Positions 1 to 11,110 of a stretch of DNA of 64,000 bases are shown here, piece after piece (the stretch's first letter is position 1; each line of letters begins with the position of its first letter). The translations under genes and the position numbers were made by a program. The notes under the pieces are model-generated. The model was not told where the DNA came from and ran no database searches. It worked only from the letters and a program-made list of their open reading frames with translations. The stretch is from Aureisphaera galaxeae (lineage in GTDB: Bacteria; Bacteroidota; Bacteroidia; Flavobacteriales; Flavobacteriaceae). The stretch lies in NCBI RefSeq assembly GCF_028561275.1, contig NZ_JAQQTF010000002.1, positions 340,812 to 404,811 of the forward strand. The letters are read 5' to 3'.

Positions 1-8
1 ATAAGCGG

Positions 9-1172
9 TTAGTACCCGAAATCCTCTTTTATTTTATCCGCTTTGTCCAGCATAAGGTCTGTGGTGATAAAGTCTACTTCTTCCTTGTCGAAAGCTCCCT
101 GGAAGATACGCATGGCCTTTTTGGGTTCGCCCACTTCTTCATAATAGCGACCCAAATAATAGTCTCCCAAATTGGTATCGGGATATTGTTGTTTGGCCAT
201 GATGGCAATTTCTTTTAATGATTCCCACTGCTTTCGCTTTTCGCTCGCACGTGCCGTTGCTAAATAATCGTTCACACGAATGGGATTGGTAAGCCCAAAA
301 AGATCTTCTATGGTTTTGTACTTATCAACGAGATACTGGTGAATGGGCATCTCCGTTTTCAGTAAAACATCTTTGTACTCTTGTTTTGAAATAGGGCGGT
401 ATACCGAAAATATCTTCTCCATGGCCGATGGAATGGCGCGCGCTACCAAAGAATAGTGCGTAGCACCTTCGAAGTTATCGTAGTAATAGGAGAAAGTTTC
501 GGACTTTAACGGGCTTAGCTTCTTGTTAAGGTCTTCGGTTATTTCCATCAAGTCCTTAATATCGTCCGTTCCCGTAGCCATATAATAAAACAGTTTGGAC
601 TGAATGTTGGGAATTCGCTGTGGAAGGCGATCATCCAACATAGGAGCCAAGTCCGGGCTCAAACTAATGTATCCATTGAACAACGGCGGGTCTTTGAAAA
701 GGTAATAATTAATGTAATTGGCCGTAAAGTCATGTCCTACGGCAATCACGAATTTGGCCGTACGGAAAGCACTATCAATATAAGGCATCAATTCTAACCC
801 TACGAACTCGAAGAAATCGGCTCCCGTTTCTGCGGGCATAAAATTGGTGTCGTCGTAGTGACAGTCGTCATAGCGTTTATCCCCCTGCATGACTCCCACA
901 ACGATGGCCTCTGGCATGTCTTCCCAATAACTAAAGTAATCTACATTCCCTGCTACCGGTTCGAACAGGTAATTGGCATCTAGTACAAGTACTATAGGAT
1001 AGGACTTGTCCACATTTTCTTCATAATCCCTCGGCAATTGAATTTTTAACCTTCGGGATTCCCCTAATTTCATAGAGGTAATCTCTTCATAAATAACCTT
1101 AGATTGGGCCAGACCCGAAAACGCAAGTAGTAAGCCAAAAACAGGTAGTAGGATTCGTTTCATGTTCAGCAT
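9..1172 (-). CDS. Secreted alpha/beta-hydrolase (putative esterase family) with C-terminal TPR-like helical region
   Basis: N-terminal signal peptide (MLNMKRILLPVFGLLLAFSGLAQS). Esterase-like core (GHDFTANY, FYYMATGTDD). C-terminal helical repeat (YYLGRYYEEVG). Complete ORF. Confidence 0.55.
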   Translation of the reverse strand: MLNMKRILLPVFGLLLAFSGLAQSKVIYEEITSMKLGESRRLKIQLPRDYEENVDKSYPIVLVLDANYLFEPVAGNVDYFSYWEDMPEAIVVGVMQGDKRYDDCHYDDTNFMPAETGADFFEFVGLELMPYIDSAFRTAKFVIAVGHDFTANYINYYLFKDPPLFNGYISLSPDLAPMLDDRLPQRIPNIQSKLFYYMATGTDDIKDLMEITEDLNKKLSPLKSETFSYYYDNFEGATHYSLVARAIPSAMEKIFSVYRPISKQEYKDVLLKTEMPIHQYLVDKYKTIEDLFGLTNPIRVNDYLATARASEKRKQWESLKEIAIMAKQQYPDTNLGDYYLGRYYEEVGEPKKAMRIFQGAFDKEEVDFITTDLMLDKADKIKEDFGY

Positions 1173-1217
1173 TGATTTAGGAGGGTAAGATAGTAAATTT
1201 TGAAAAGCGATGTTCCC

Positions 1218-2183
1218 TTATAGCCTATTCCTATTGTATATAGGCAGGAAAATAAAGGAAAGTGCCCCGAAAAGTAAAATGGCTGCGATATTGGAGGTCC
1301 ATACGATCCATCCGAAAGCCGTTCCCAAGGTTTCGGGAATGCCAAATACCAACAAAATTCCCATAATGGCTGCTGGGTAGGTCCCAAAACCGCTATTGGT
1401 AAAGGCGAAGGCAAAACTTCCCACAACGAAGGTAATGATCACCGTCCCGACACTAATTGTGGAAGTGTCTGGTAAGGCTTGGGTAGCCGTATAGAAGGAT
1501 AGGATGTACAAAACCCAAATAAGAAGGCTGTGAATAATAAATGGCACTTTTTTGCGCATAGTAGCGATACTCAGCACACCATCCTTTAGTCCAGAAATCA
1601 ACTTTTTTATTTTTAGGCTAAGCGCGTTTTTGGAGTATTTCATAAACAGAAGGAAGAGAATTCCCAATAGGGCCAGTCCAGCAATGGCAATACCGATTTT
1701 TTTAACCGGGACGATTTCCTTCAGATAGGTATACAAAGTGTCGAATTCCAATAACAGGGCAATCATAGTAAAGAGGAAAAGTAGAATAAGGTCAACGATC
1801 CTTTCAGAAATGATAGTCCCAAAGCCCTTATCGAAAGGAACCTTTTCGTATTTGCTCAATACTAAGGCCCGCGAAACTTCTCCACTTTTCGGAATGAAAA
1901 TATTCATGACATAGGCAATGGAGACGGCCATGAAATTGTTTAGGAGCTTGGGGCGATAGCCAAGGGGTTCTAGCATGAAATTCCAACGATAGGCGCGTAT
2001 CACATGACTAAAAATGCTCAGTAACACAGCCAATGCTACTATGGCGTAATTTGCATTTTTAAAATGAAACAACACCTGCTCCTTCTGTTCCGGCGTAAAT
2101 TTTCCGTAGATGTACCAAATAAGGAATATCCCCAAAGCTAGGGGAATGGCAATTTGGAGGAATTTTGAGAGGGATTTATTCAA
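1218..2183 (-). CDS. Integral membrane protein, LPG-synthase-TM / UPF0104 flippase-like family
   Basis: 321 aa with about 8 predicted TM helices. N-terminal motif typical of the UPF0104 family. No other domains. Confidence 0.45.
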   Translation of the reverse strand: MNKSLSKFLQIAIPLALGIFLIWYIYGKFTPEQKEQVLFHFKNANYAIVALAVLLSIFSHVIRAYRWNFMLEPLGYRPKLLNNFMAVSIAYVMNIFIPKSGEVSRALVLSKYEKVPFDKGFGTIISERIVDLILLFLFTMIALLLEFDTLYTYLKEIVPVKKIGIAIAGLALLGILFLLFMKYSKNALSLKIKKLISGLKDGVLSIATMRKKVPFIIHSLLIWVLYILSFYTATQALPDTSTISVGTVIITFVVGSFAFAFTNSGFGTYPAAIMGILLVFGIPETLGTAFGWIVWTSNIAAILLFGALSFIFLPIYNRNRL

Positions 2184-2184
2184 A

Positions 2185-2535
2185 CTAGATGAGTAGGTTA
2201 TTCTCCTCGTTAGGGAATACCAAAGCAGGCTTAAACTGCTTGGCTTCCTCTATACTCATAATGGCATAGGTAATGAGAATAAGGATGTCCCCAGGTGCTA
2301 CTTTTCTGGCTGCAGCTCCATTTAGGGTGATTTCCCCACTGTTTCTCGGGCCAGGAATCGCATAGGTTTCGAGGCGCTCGCCATTGTTATTGTTTACAAT
2401 TTGCACTTTTTCGCCTTCCACTATATTGGCGGCGTCCATAAGATCCTCATCAATTGTGATACTACCTATATAATTAAGGTCTGCACCCGTTACTTTTACT
2501 CTGTGAATCTTCGATTTAACTACGTGAATTTGCAT
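2185..2535 (-). CDS. panD: Aspartate 1-decarboxylase
   Basis: 116 aa. Pyruvoyl-enzyme motif context [24 protein letters not shown]. Typical PanD length. Confidence 0.9.
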   Translation of the reverse strand: MQIHVVKSKIHRVKVTGADLNYIGSITIDEDLMDAANIVEGEKVQIVNNNNGERLETYAIPGPRNSGEITLNGAAARKVAPGDILILITYAIMSIEEAKQFKPALVFPNEENNLLI

Positions 2536-2580
2536 GGCGCAAAGATACGATTATGATTTTAGTTTTTTTGAAACCCCAAT

Positions 2581-3432
2581 TTATATTTTAGGGAGTTCCA
2601 TATTGTCTATGAGTCTAATTTCCCCAGCATAGGCTGCCACGAAAGCACGATACGAATTGCCTTTTCGTTTTCGTCGCGCGGTCTTTAGATTCTCGATATT
2701 GGCGATTTCGAAATATTCCAATTCCAAATGAGCGCTTTCTGCAAAGATCCCCTCCGCCATAGCTTGTAGGGTAGGGATGCTTTCTTCGAGAAAATGTTCC
2801 CGTACCTTTTTCAAGGTCTTATAGATAAGATCGGCTTCCTTAAACTGTGTTGCCGTAAGTCGTTGATTGCGGGAGCTCATAGCCAGCCCGTGAGATTCCC
2901 TTAAAATAGGGCAGCCAACAACGGTAACCGGAAGTTGCTCAATCGCTACCAATCTGCGAACGATTTGCAATTGTTGAAAATCCTTTTCTCCAAAATAGGC
3001 TCTTGTGGGTTGTAAGGCACGGAACAACAAATTAAGCACTGTACCTACACCATCGAAATGCCCCGTTCTGTATTTTCCTTCCATGGCGTGCTCCAATCCA
3101 CCGAAGTTATATTTTTTGGATATAACAGTTTCTCCATAAAGATCGGCCACATTGGGTGCGTAGATGAAAATGGTTCCCTTCAGGGTGTTGAGTAATTGGG
3201 CATCGGCCTTCAAGGTGCGGGGATACTTTTCGAGGTCGGAAGCATTATCGAATTGGGTGGGGTTTACGAAAATACTTACGACAACCACTTCGTTTTCCGA
3301 AAGGGCTTTTTCTACTAGTGAAAGGTGACCTTCATGCAATGCCCCCATAGTGGGAACAAAGCCAACGGATTGCTTTTTTTGAGAAAAAGAATCCAATTCT
3401 TTGCGTAGGATTTCCTGTTGGTGATATATCAT
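2581..3432 (-). CDS. panC: Pantoate--beta-alanine ligase
   Basis: PTMGALHEGHLSLV HIGH-motif region and overall PanC similarity. The ORF track starts at 3501, but an internal Met at 3432 (MIYHQQE...) gives the canonical length of about 283 aa. Confidence 0.8.
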   Translation of the reverse strand: MIYHQQEILRKELDSFSQKKQSVGFVPTMGALHEGHLSLVEKALSENEVVVVSIFVNPTQFDNASDLEKYPRTLKADAQLLNTLKGTIFIYAPNVADLYGETVISKKYNFGGLEHAMEGKYRTGHFDGVGTVLNLLFRALQPTRAYFGEKDFQQLQIVRRLVAIEQLPVTVVGCPILRESHGLAMSSRNQRLTATQFKEADLIYKTLKKVREHFLEESIPTLQAMAEGIFAESAHLELEYFEIANIENLKTARRKRKGNSYRAFVAAYAGEIRLIDNMELPKI

Positions 3433-3533
3433 AATAGAACGAAATCGCGCAAAATTAAGATATAAAGCGCAATCTGCATAAATTTTCGTAATTTTGCGCA
3501 TTCTATAAATAAGCCAAGTAAATAATAGAATTT

Positions 3534-4343
3534 ATGAAAGATAAGAGAGTCTTGTATGTGTCTTCTGAGGTGATTCCATATCTTCCGGAGACCGAGATTT
3601 CTTCCATGTCGTTCGAAGCTCCGCGCATGGTCAATGGCAACGGTGGTCAAATACGCATCTTTATGCCCCGATACGGAAATATTAACGAGCGTCGTCACCA
3701 ACTTCACGAAGTCATTCGTCTTTCTGGGATGAATTTGGTCATCAATGATTTGGACATGCCCCTTATCATAAAGGTAGCCTCCATCCCCAAAGAGCGTATG
3801 CAGGTATACTTTATAGACAATGAAGATTACTTCAAGCGTAAGGCGACCTATGCAGACGAAGAAGGGAATTTTTACCCAGACAATGATGAGCGTGCGATCT
3901 TTTTCGCCAAAGGAGTGATCGAAACCGTGAAAAAACTGAATTGGTCTCCGGACATTATTCACGTGCACGGTTGGTTGGCTTCTTTCTTGCCGTTGTACCT
4001 TAGGACTTATTATAGTAACGAACCGTTGTTTGAGAACAGTAAAATAGTTACCTCTTTATACAATCAAGGCTTCAACGACACGTTAAATACAGAGCTGATC
4101 AATAAAATTAAATTCGACGAAATCCCTGAAGAAAAAGTGGCACACCTGTCCAGTCCGGATTATTTCAACGTAATGAAGACGGCCATAGACAACAGTGATG
4201 CGGTGATTGTAGCATCTAACGATATTTCTTCCGATTTCGATGCGTATCTTAAAAAACTCGAAAAGCCTGTGTTAAAATATCACAATAAAGAAGAAGTTGA
4301 ACGGGCTTATTTGGACTTTTACCAAACAGAAGTGCTAGATTAA
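3534..4343 (+). CDS. Glycogen/starch synthase catalytic-domain-like protein (short, about 270 aa)
   Basis: N-terminal starch-synthase catalytic-domain motifs (VSSEVIPYLPE...GG, HVHGWLASFLPLYL). This short form is a conserved flavobacterial gene lying next to panC and a DUF4270 gene. Confidence 0.55.
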   Translation: MKDKRVLYVSSEVIPYLPETEISSMSFEAPRMVNGNGGQIRIFMPRYGNINERRHQLHEVIRLSGMNLVINDLDMPLIIKVASIPKERMQVYFIDNEDYFKRKATYADEEGNFYPDNDERAIFFAKGVIETVKKLNWSPDIIHVHGWLASFLPLYLRTYYSNEPLFENSKIVTSLYNQGFNDTLNTELINKIKFDEIPEEKVAHLSSPDYFNVMKTAIDNSDAVIVASNDISSDFDAYLKKLEKPVLKYHNKEEVERAYLDFYQTEVLD

Positions 4344-4359
4344 TACCTTTATTTGAAGT

Positions 4360-5967
4360 ATGAACATGAAGAATTTATTACTCAAGATCGGAGTAATTTT
4401 CACCCTTATCGTAGCCCTTGCTTCCTGCGAAGAAGATTTTAGTACCATAGATACCGATATCATTGTTCAAAATTTCACCACCCCAGATACGGTGATGGAT
4501 GTTACCGCCTACAGTAGGGCATTGAACGGTGTACAGACCAACGGTTTGTCTGCTTATCAACTGGGAATCTTCAACGACCCGGTTTATGGACAATCCAAGG
4601 CTAATTTCTTGGGACAGGTGCTTATGGCGAATCCAGACCCTACATTCCCTAACGACACCTTAAGTCCAGAAATAGAAAGAGTCGTATTATACGTTCCTTA
4701 TTTTTCCAATAACACCACTACCGATGGTGAAACTACCTTTACATTAGATTCGGTAGTTGGGAGTACGCCAATGCGTGTGTCTGTATACGAATCGAATTTC
4801 TTGTTGCGAAACTTAGATCCCGATGCCGATTTTGAAGAGGCACAGCAATATTATTCCAATCAGGCCAGTGAATTCGATCCAGAAATGGGAGAGTTATTGG
4901 CACAGGTTGATGATTTTGTGGTTTCCGATCAGGAGCAAGAAGTGATTTTTGAAAGTACGGGAGATACCATTACCCTAAATCCAGGATTGGTAATGGAGCT
5001 TCCCATTAGCTTCTTTCAGGAAAAGATATACGATCGCGAAGGTCAACCGGAATTGTTGACCAACAATAACTTCACAGAATTTTTCCGTGGATTATATATA
5101 AAGGTAGAAGAAGCCCAATCTGGAGATAATCTTTTCCTTTTCGATGAGCAGGAAATGACCCTTACCATGCATTATTCATCCGAAACTACAACCTTGGATG
5201 AAAATGGCAATCAGGAGACCGATGATAACGGTGATATTGTTCGTGTCCTGAGTAATTTTGAAATGAACTTTAGGGGAATTAATGTAAATGTATTCGATAC
5301 AAATGTTCCCGCAGGCATTGCAGCACAGCTTAGTAGCCCCAACACAACAGATGGGGAAGAAAGGTTGTATGTAAGAGGAAGTGAAGGTATTGTCACTATG
5401 ATTGACCTTTTCGGTACCGATGACAATGGCAATGGGATCGATGATCTTGAGGAGCTACGTGAGGAGGATTGGATCATCAATGAAGCCAACCTTATTTTCT
5501 ATGTGGACCAATCCCAAATTCCTGGGGGTGCTAAAGAACCGGAAAGACTTATCATTTACGAAACCAAGAACCAAAGGGTATTGGCCGATTATTCGGTAGA
5601 CCTTACCTCTAGTAACCAACCCGTTGATGCCATCACTACGCATTTGGGAAGGTTGGAGCGCGGTTCAGACAATATTGGGGATTTCTATAAAATTAGAATC
5701 ACCACACACGTAAGTAACCTTATCAACAGGGATTCCCTAAACGTTCCCTTGGCACTTTTGGTTACCAATAATGCGAGCCAGGTGGATTTTAGGGACCTAA
5801 GAAACCCTATCGAAGTAGATGCTTCCGATCCATCCAACGTAATTTCGTTGGAAAGACTTCCTGCTACCTCAATTACTTCTCACGAAGGAACCGTATTGCA
5901 TGGTAATAGATCTACAAATGAAGACAAAAGGCTAAGGCTGCAAATCTTCTTTACTGTACCTGAATAA
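4360..5967 (+). CDS. DUF4270-family lipoprotein
   Basis: Lipoprotein signal with Cys (ALASCEEDF). It sits immediately after the short glycogen-synthase-like gene, which is the usual genomic context for DUF4270. Confidence 0.5.
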   Translation: MNMKNLLLKIGVIFTLIVALASCEEDFSTIDTDIIVQNFTTPDTVMDVTAYSRALNGVQTNGLSAYQLGIFNDPVYGQSKANFLGQVLMANPDPTFPNDTLSPEIERVVLYVPYFSNNTTTDGETTFTLDSVVGSTPMRVSVYESNFLLRNLDPDADFEEAQQYYSNQASEFDPEMGELLAQVDDFVVSDQEQEVIFESTGDTITLNPGLVMELPISFFQEKIYDREGQPELLTNNNFTEFFRGLYIKVEEAQSGDNLFLFDEQEMTLTMHYSSETTTLDENGNQETDDNGDIVRVLSNFEMNFRGINVNVFDTNVPAGIAAQLSSPNTTDGEERLYVRGSEGIVTMIDLFGTDDNGNGIDDLEELREEDWIINEANLIFYVDQSQIPGGAKEPERLIIYETKNQRVLADYSVDLTSSNQPVDAITTHLGRLERGSDNIGDFYKIRITTHVSNLINRDSLNVPLALLVTNNASQVDFRDLRNPIEVDASDPSNVISLERLPATSITSHEGTVLHGNRSTNEDKRLRLQIFFTVPE

Positions 5968-5982
5968 TTTAAAGTAAAGTTT

Positions 5983-7830
5983 ATGTGTGGAATTGTTGGA
6001 TATATTGGAGAAAGAGAAGCGTACCCAATCATCTTAAACGGTCTAAAACGACTAGAATATAGAGGGTATGATAGTGCGGGGGTAGCCTTGTACGATGGGA
6101 CACACATTCAAGTTTCCAAAACAAAAGGTAAAGTAGCCGATTTGGAATCCCGCGTCGCATCGGAGATTTCTACTCAAGGAAAATTAGGGATAGGACATAC
6201 CCGATGGGCAACCCACGGTGTGCCGAACGATATCAATTCGCACCCTCATTATTCCAATAGTGGGGACTTGGTGATTATTCACAACGGAATTATAGAAAAT
6301 TACGCTTCGATCAAGCAAGAATTGCTAAATCGAGGGTATACCTTCACTAGCGACACCGATACCGAAGTCTTGGTGAACCTGATCGAGGAAATCAAGAAAC
6401 AACATAATGTAAAGCTTGGAAAAGCCGTTCAAATTGCCTTGAATCAGGTGGTTGGGGCTTATGCCATTGCTTTATTCGATAGAAACAAGCCCAATGAGAT
6501 TGTGGTGGCCAAATTAGGAAGCCCCTTAGCCATTGGTATGGGAGACGATGAGTTCTTCGTTGCCAGTGATGCTACTCCCTTCATTGAGTTTACCAATAAT
6601 GCCATCTATTTAGAGGATGAAGAGATGGCCATTATAAGCAAAAGGAAAGGTGTAAAAGTTCGGAAGATAAAGGACGACAGTCTTGTAGATCCGTACATTC
6701 ACGAATTGGCGCTGAATCTAGAGCAGATAGAGAAAGGTGGTTATGATCACTTCATGCTGAAAGAGATCAACGAGCAACCTTCCGTAATAAAAGATACGTA
6801 TCGCGGTCGATTATTGGCCGATCGTGGGATTATCAAGTTGGGTGGATTGGAAGATCACATCCAAAAATTCCTGAATGCAGATCGCATCATCATCGTTGCC
6901 TGTGGAACCTCATGGCATGCAGGCTTAGTAGCCGAATATATCTTCGAGGATTGGGCCCGTATTCCGGTGGAAGTAGAATATGCTTCCGAATTTAGGTACC
7001 GCAATCCAGTGATCGGTGAAAAGGATGTGGTCATTGCAATTTCCCAGAGTGGTGAGACCGCAGATACCTTGGCAGCGATTAAATTGGCTAAAGAGCGCGG
7101 TGCTTTTGTATATGGGGTGTGTAATGTAGTAGGATCTTCCATTTCTAGGGAGACCCACAGTGGAACCTATACCCACGCTGGTCCCGAAATTGGGGTAGCG
7201 TCTACCAAGGCCTTTACGACCCAAATTACGGTTTTAACCATGATCGCTTTGCGACTCGCCAATGAAAAAGGAACCATTTCTAAAGGGGATTATATGACCC
7301 ATCTTCGTGAATTGGAAATGATCCCATCGCATGTGGCAGAAGCGCTGAAAAGCGAGCCGAATATCAAAGAGATCGCGCATGTATTTATGGATGCGGCCAA
7401 CTTCCTGTACTTGGGAAGAGGGTATAATTTCCCAGTAGCTTTAGAGGGTGCGCTTAAACTGAAAGAGATTTCCTATATCCATGCCGAAGGATATCCCGCA
7501 GCCGAAATGAAGCACGGTCCCATTGCTTTGATCGATGAGCAGATGCCCGTAGTTGTTATTGCGGTAAACAGTAACCACTATGAAAAAGTGGTAAGCAATA
7601 TCGAGGAAATCAAGGCCCGAAAAGGAAAGATCATCGCTGTGGTAACCGAAGGAGATACGGTGGTAAGAAACTTGGCCGATTATGTGATGGAGGTGCCTAG
7701 AACCCCAGAAACCTTGAGTCCATTGGTAACTACGATACCTTTACAATTGCTGTCATATCACATTGCGGTGATGCTAGGTAAAAATGTAGATCAGCCGCGT
7801 AATTTGGCGAAGAGCGTTACGGTAGAATAA
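5983..7830 (+). CDS. glmS: Glutamine--fructose-6-phosphate aminotransferase (isomerising)
   Basis: N-terminal MCGIVGY (Ntn amidotransferase Cys2). Two SIS domains. 615 aa. Confidence 0.95.
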   Translation: MCGIVGYIGEREAYPIILNGLKRLEYRGYDSAGVALYDGTHIQVSKTKGKVADLESRVASEISTQGKLGIGHTRWATHGVPNDINSHPHYSNSGDLVIIHNGIIENYASIKQELLNRGYTFTSDTDTEVLVNLIEEIKKQHNVKLGKAVQIALNQVVGAYAIALFDRNKPNEIVVAKLGSPLAIGMGDDEFFVASDATPFIEFTNNAIYLEDEEMAIISKRKGVKVRKIKDDSLVDPYIHELALNLEQIEKGGYDHFMLKEINEQPSVIKDTYRGRLLADRGIIKLGGLEDHIQKFLNADRIIIVACGTSWHAGLVAEYIFEDWARIPVEVEYASEFRYRNPVIGEKDVVIAISQSGETADTLAAIKLAKERGAFVYGVCNVVGSSISRETHSGTYTHAGPEIGVASTKAFTTQITVLTMIALRLANEKGTISKGDYMTHLRELEMIPSHVAEALKSEPNIKEIAHVFMDAANFLYLGRGYNFPVALEGALKLKEISYIHAEGYPAAEMKHGPIALIDEQMPVVVIAVNSNHYEKVVSNIEEIKARKGKIIAVVTEGDTVVRNLADYVMEVPRTPETLSPLVTTIPLQLLSYHIAVMLGKNVDQPRNLAKSVTVE

Positions 7831-7866
7831 TCCCGAAATTTCCATTCAAAATTTTACTTCATTCGG

Positions 7867-7898
7867 TTGCATTTTTGTGACAGAAAAACCTATCTTTG
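7867..7898 (+). promoter_or_regulatory. Bacteroidetes sigma-A type promoter upstream of atpD (-33 TTG, -7 TAtcTTTG)
   Basis: TTG at 7867-7869 and TAtcTTTG at 7891-7898 with 21-nt spacing. This matches the Bacteroidetes -33/-7 consensus TTG...TAnnTTTG. It lies about 60 nt upstream of the atpD ATG. Confidence 0.45.
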
Positions 7899-7911
7899 CA
7901 CCGATTTTTAG

Positions 7912-9465
<1,554 letters not shown>

Positions 9466-9540
9466 AAATTAAGTATACAGTTTACATAAGCAGTTTGCAG
9501 TTACTGCTTACTGAAAACTGAGAACTGAAAACTGAAAAAC

Positions 9541-9816
9541 ATGTATCTAGAAATAGTAACTCCAGAAGCATCTTTGGTAAGCGGTGACGTAGAAAGCGTA
9601 ACGGTTCCAGGTGTGAATGGTGAATTCCAAATGTTGAACGGTCACGCACCTATCGTATCCTTGCTAGGAGAAGGAAAAGTGAAATTTGCTGGAAACCCTA
9701 CTATTGCAGAAGGTTTCGAAAGCAAGTTCACCCAAGCAGACGGGAAATGGATATTGGAGATCAACAGCGGTACCGTTCAGATGAGTGACAACAAAGTGAT
9801 TGTATTGGCTGACTAA
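9541..9816 (+). CDS. atpC: F0F1 ATP synthase subunit epsilon
   Basis: 91 aa starting MYLEIVTPE. Located immediately downstream of atpD. Confidence 0.85.
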   Translation: MYLEIVTPEASLVSGDVESVTVPGVNGEFQMLNGHAPIVSLLGEGKVKFAGNPTIAEGFESKFTQADGKWILEINSGTVQMSDNKVIVLAD

Positions 9817-9848
9817 AAAAGCCTAGTTAGGTCACTGAGTGATTCTGC

Positions 9849-11003
9849 TTGCAGAATTGTATCGAAGTGACAAAACACATCATTTCAAAATACGAATCCC
9901 GAATTCCGAAAGGAGTTCGGGATTTTTGTATTATTGCCCCCATGGCAGGAGTAATGGATTACGTCTATAAAATAGAAGGAAGACTATCCTATGGTCGTCG
10001 ATTTCTATCGCTTTTCTTCTTTACCCTTTCCTTTTTCCTCGTAATTTACGGTTTTACGGTTCCTTATATTTTTGAAAACTACGACTCCAGAGCCTACCAC
10101 CCAATCGCAGGATTCTTTGTAGCGACTATTCCCTTTTATGCCGGTTTCGTGCTAGGAACCCAAATTGACGTGCTTGTAAATGTTTCAAAAAAGCACATCG
10201 TCATTCATAAAAGTGTCGCTGGGGTTGTTTTTAAGAGATCGATTATAAAGTATGAACGTTTGGAATATGTTTCGGTATTGCGAAGCTATACAAAGCATCA
10301 CGAAGGAAGGTTGTTCTACGATGATCATAAATACTTGAATCTATTCGAAATAAGGAAAGAATGGAAGGCCCTAAGCCGAGTGAATGAAATAAGCAACGCG
10401 CTTTCCATTCCCGTGCATAATGCGATTATTGAAGAATACTGGAAAAATAAAAAGGCCCCTTATGTATCTCCAGAAAACCGGGAAATTAGTGCCTATTTCA
10501 GCGAGGGGAAGCGTCCCTTTTGGCAAAACGCTCTGGCCTTGTTTCTTTTTGGTGCTGCGTTGATGGGCGTATTTTTCTTAATCGATCTTTGGGTGAGACA
10601 AGATTTTCAATTCGAAAAAGGATTACCCTTGCTGGGATATATAGTTCTTATGTTGACGGCTTTGGCGGCTACGCTCTTTTTGGTGAGGGACTATCTGTTC
10701 GATTTTAAAAATGGACAATACCGAAGAATCTATAGAATGGGTCCTTTGGAATACGGTCACTGGATGCTCATTAGAAACTATGAATATGTATCTGTATACA
10801 AGACGAAGGACGAAATGTACCGCATTCGTTTTGGATATAACAGAGACAAGTCTTTCAAATTGGGAAAATACGGGGACTATGAAACAGCCCTAAAAATGGG
10901 AAAACGATTGGCCTTAAAGTTTAACGTAGACCTCATCGATGAGACGGCGCCCTCTGGTCCAAGGAGCATTAAGAACGAGGATATTGATCTTCTTTCGTCG
11001 TAA
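9849..11003 (+). CDS. Hypothetical membrane protein (4 predicted TM helices); start codon uncertain
   Basis: Long ORF with hydrophobic helices (LSLFFFTLSFFLVIYGF, ALALFLFGAALMGVFFLIDLW). No recognisable domain. It starts 33 nt after atpC, but an internal Met is a possible true start. Confidence 0.4.
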   Translation: MQNCIEVTKHIISKYESRIPKGVRDFCIIAPMAGVMDYVYKIEGRLSYGRRFLSLFFFTLSFFLVIYGFTVPYIFENYDSRAYHPIAGFFVATIPFYAGFVLGTQIDVLVNVSKKHIVIHKSVAGVVFKRSIIKYERLEYVSVLRSYTKHHEGRLFYDDHKYLNLFEIRKEWKALSRVNEISNALSIPVHNAIIEEYWKNKKAPYVSPENREISAYFSEGKRPFWQNALALFLFGAALMGVFFLIDLWVRQDFQFEKGLPLLGYIVLMLTALAATLFLVRDYLFDFKNGQYRRIYRMGPLEYGHWMLIRNYEYVSVYKTKDEMYRIRFGYNRDKSFKLGKYGDYETALKMGKRLALKFNVDLIDETAPSGPRSIKNEDIDLLSS

Positions 11004-11110
11004 GCGAGTCCTTCATTTGTTAAGTTTTTCTAAAGTTTCTCCCTTCATGCAACCCTTCATTTTGTGAAATGTCTATAGCAATGTAATAGCTAAAAAAGAC
11101 AATCCATAAA

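Noticed and set aside
3429-3968. 179-aa minus-strand ORF spanning the panC start and the glycogen-synthase-like gene
   Set aside because: It overlaps two supported genes on both sides and has no recognisable domains.
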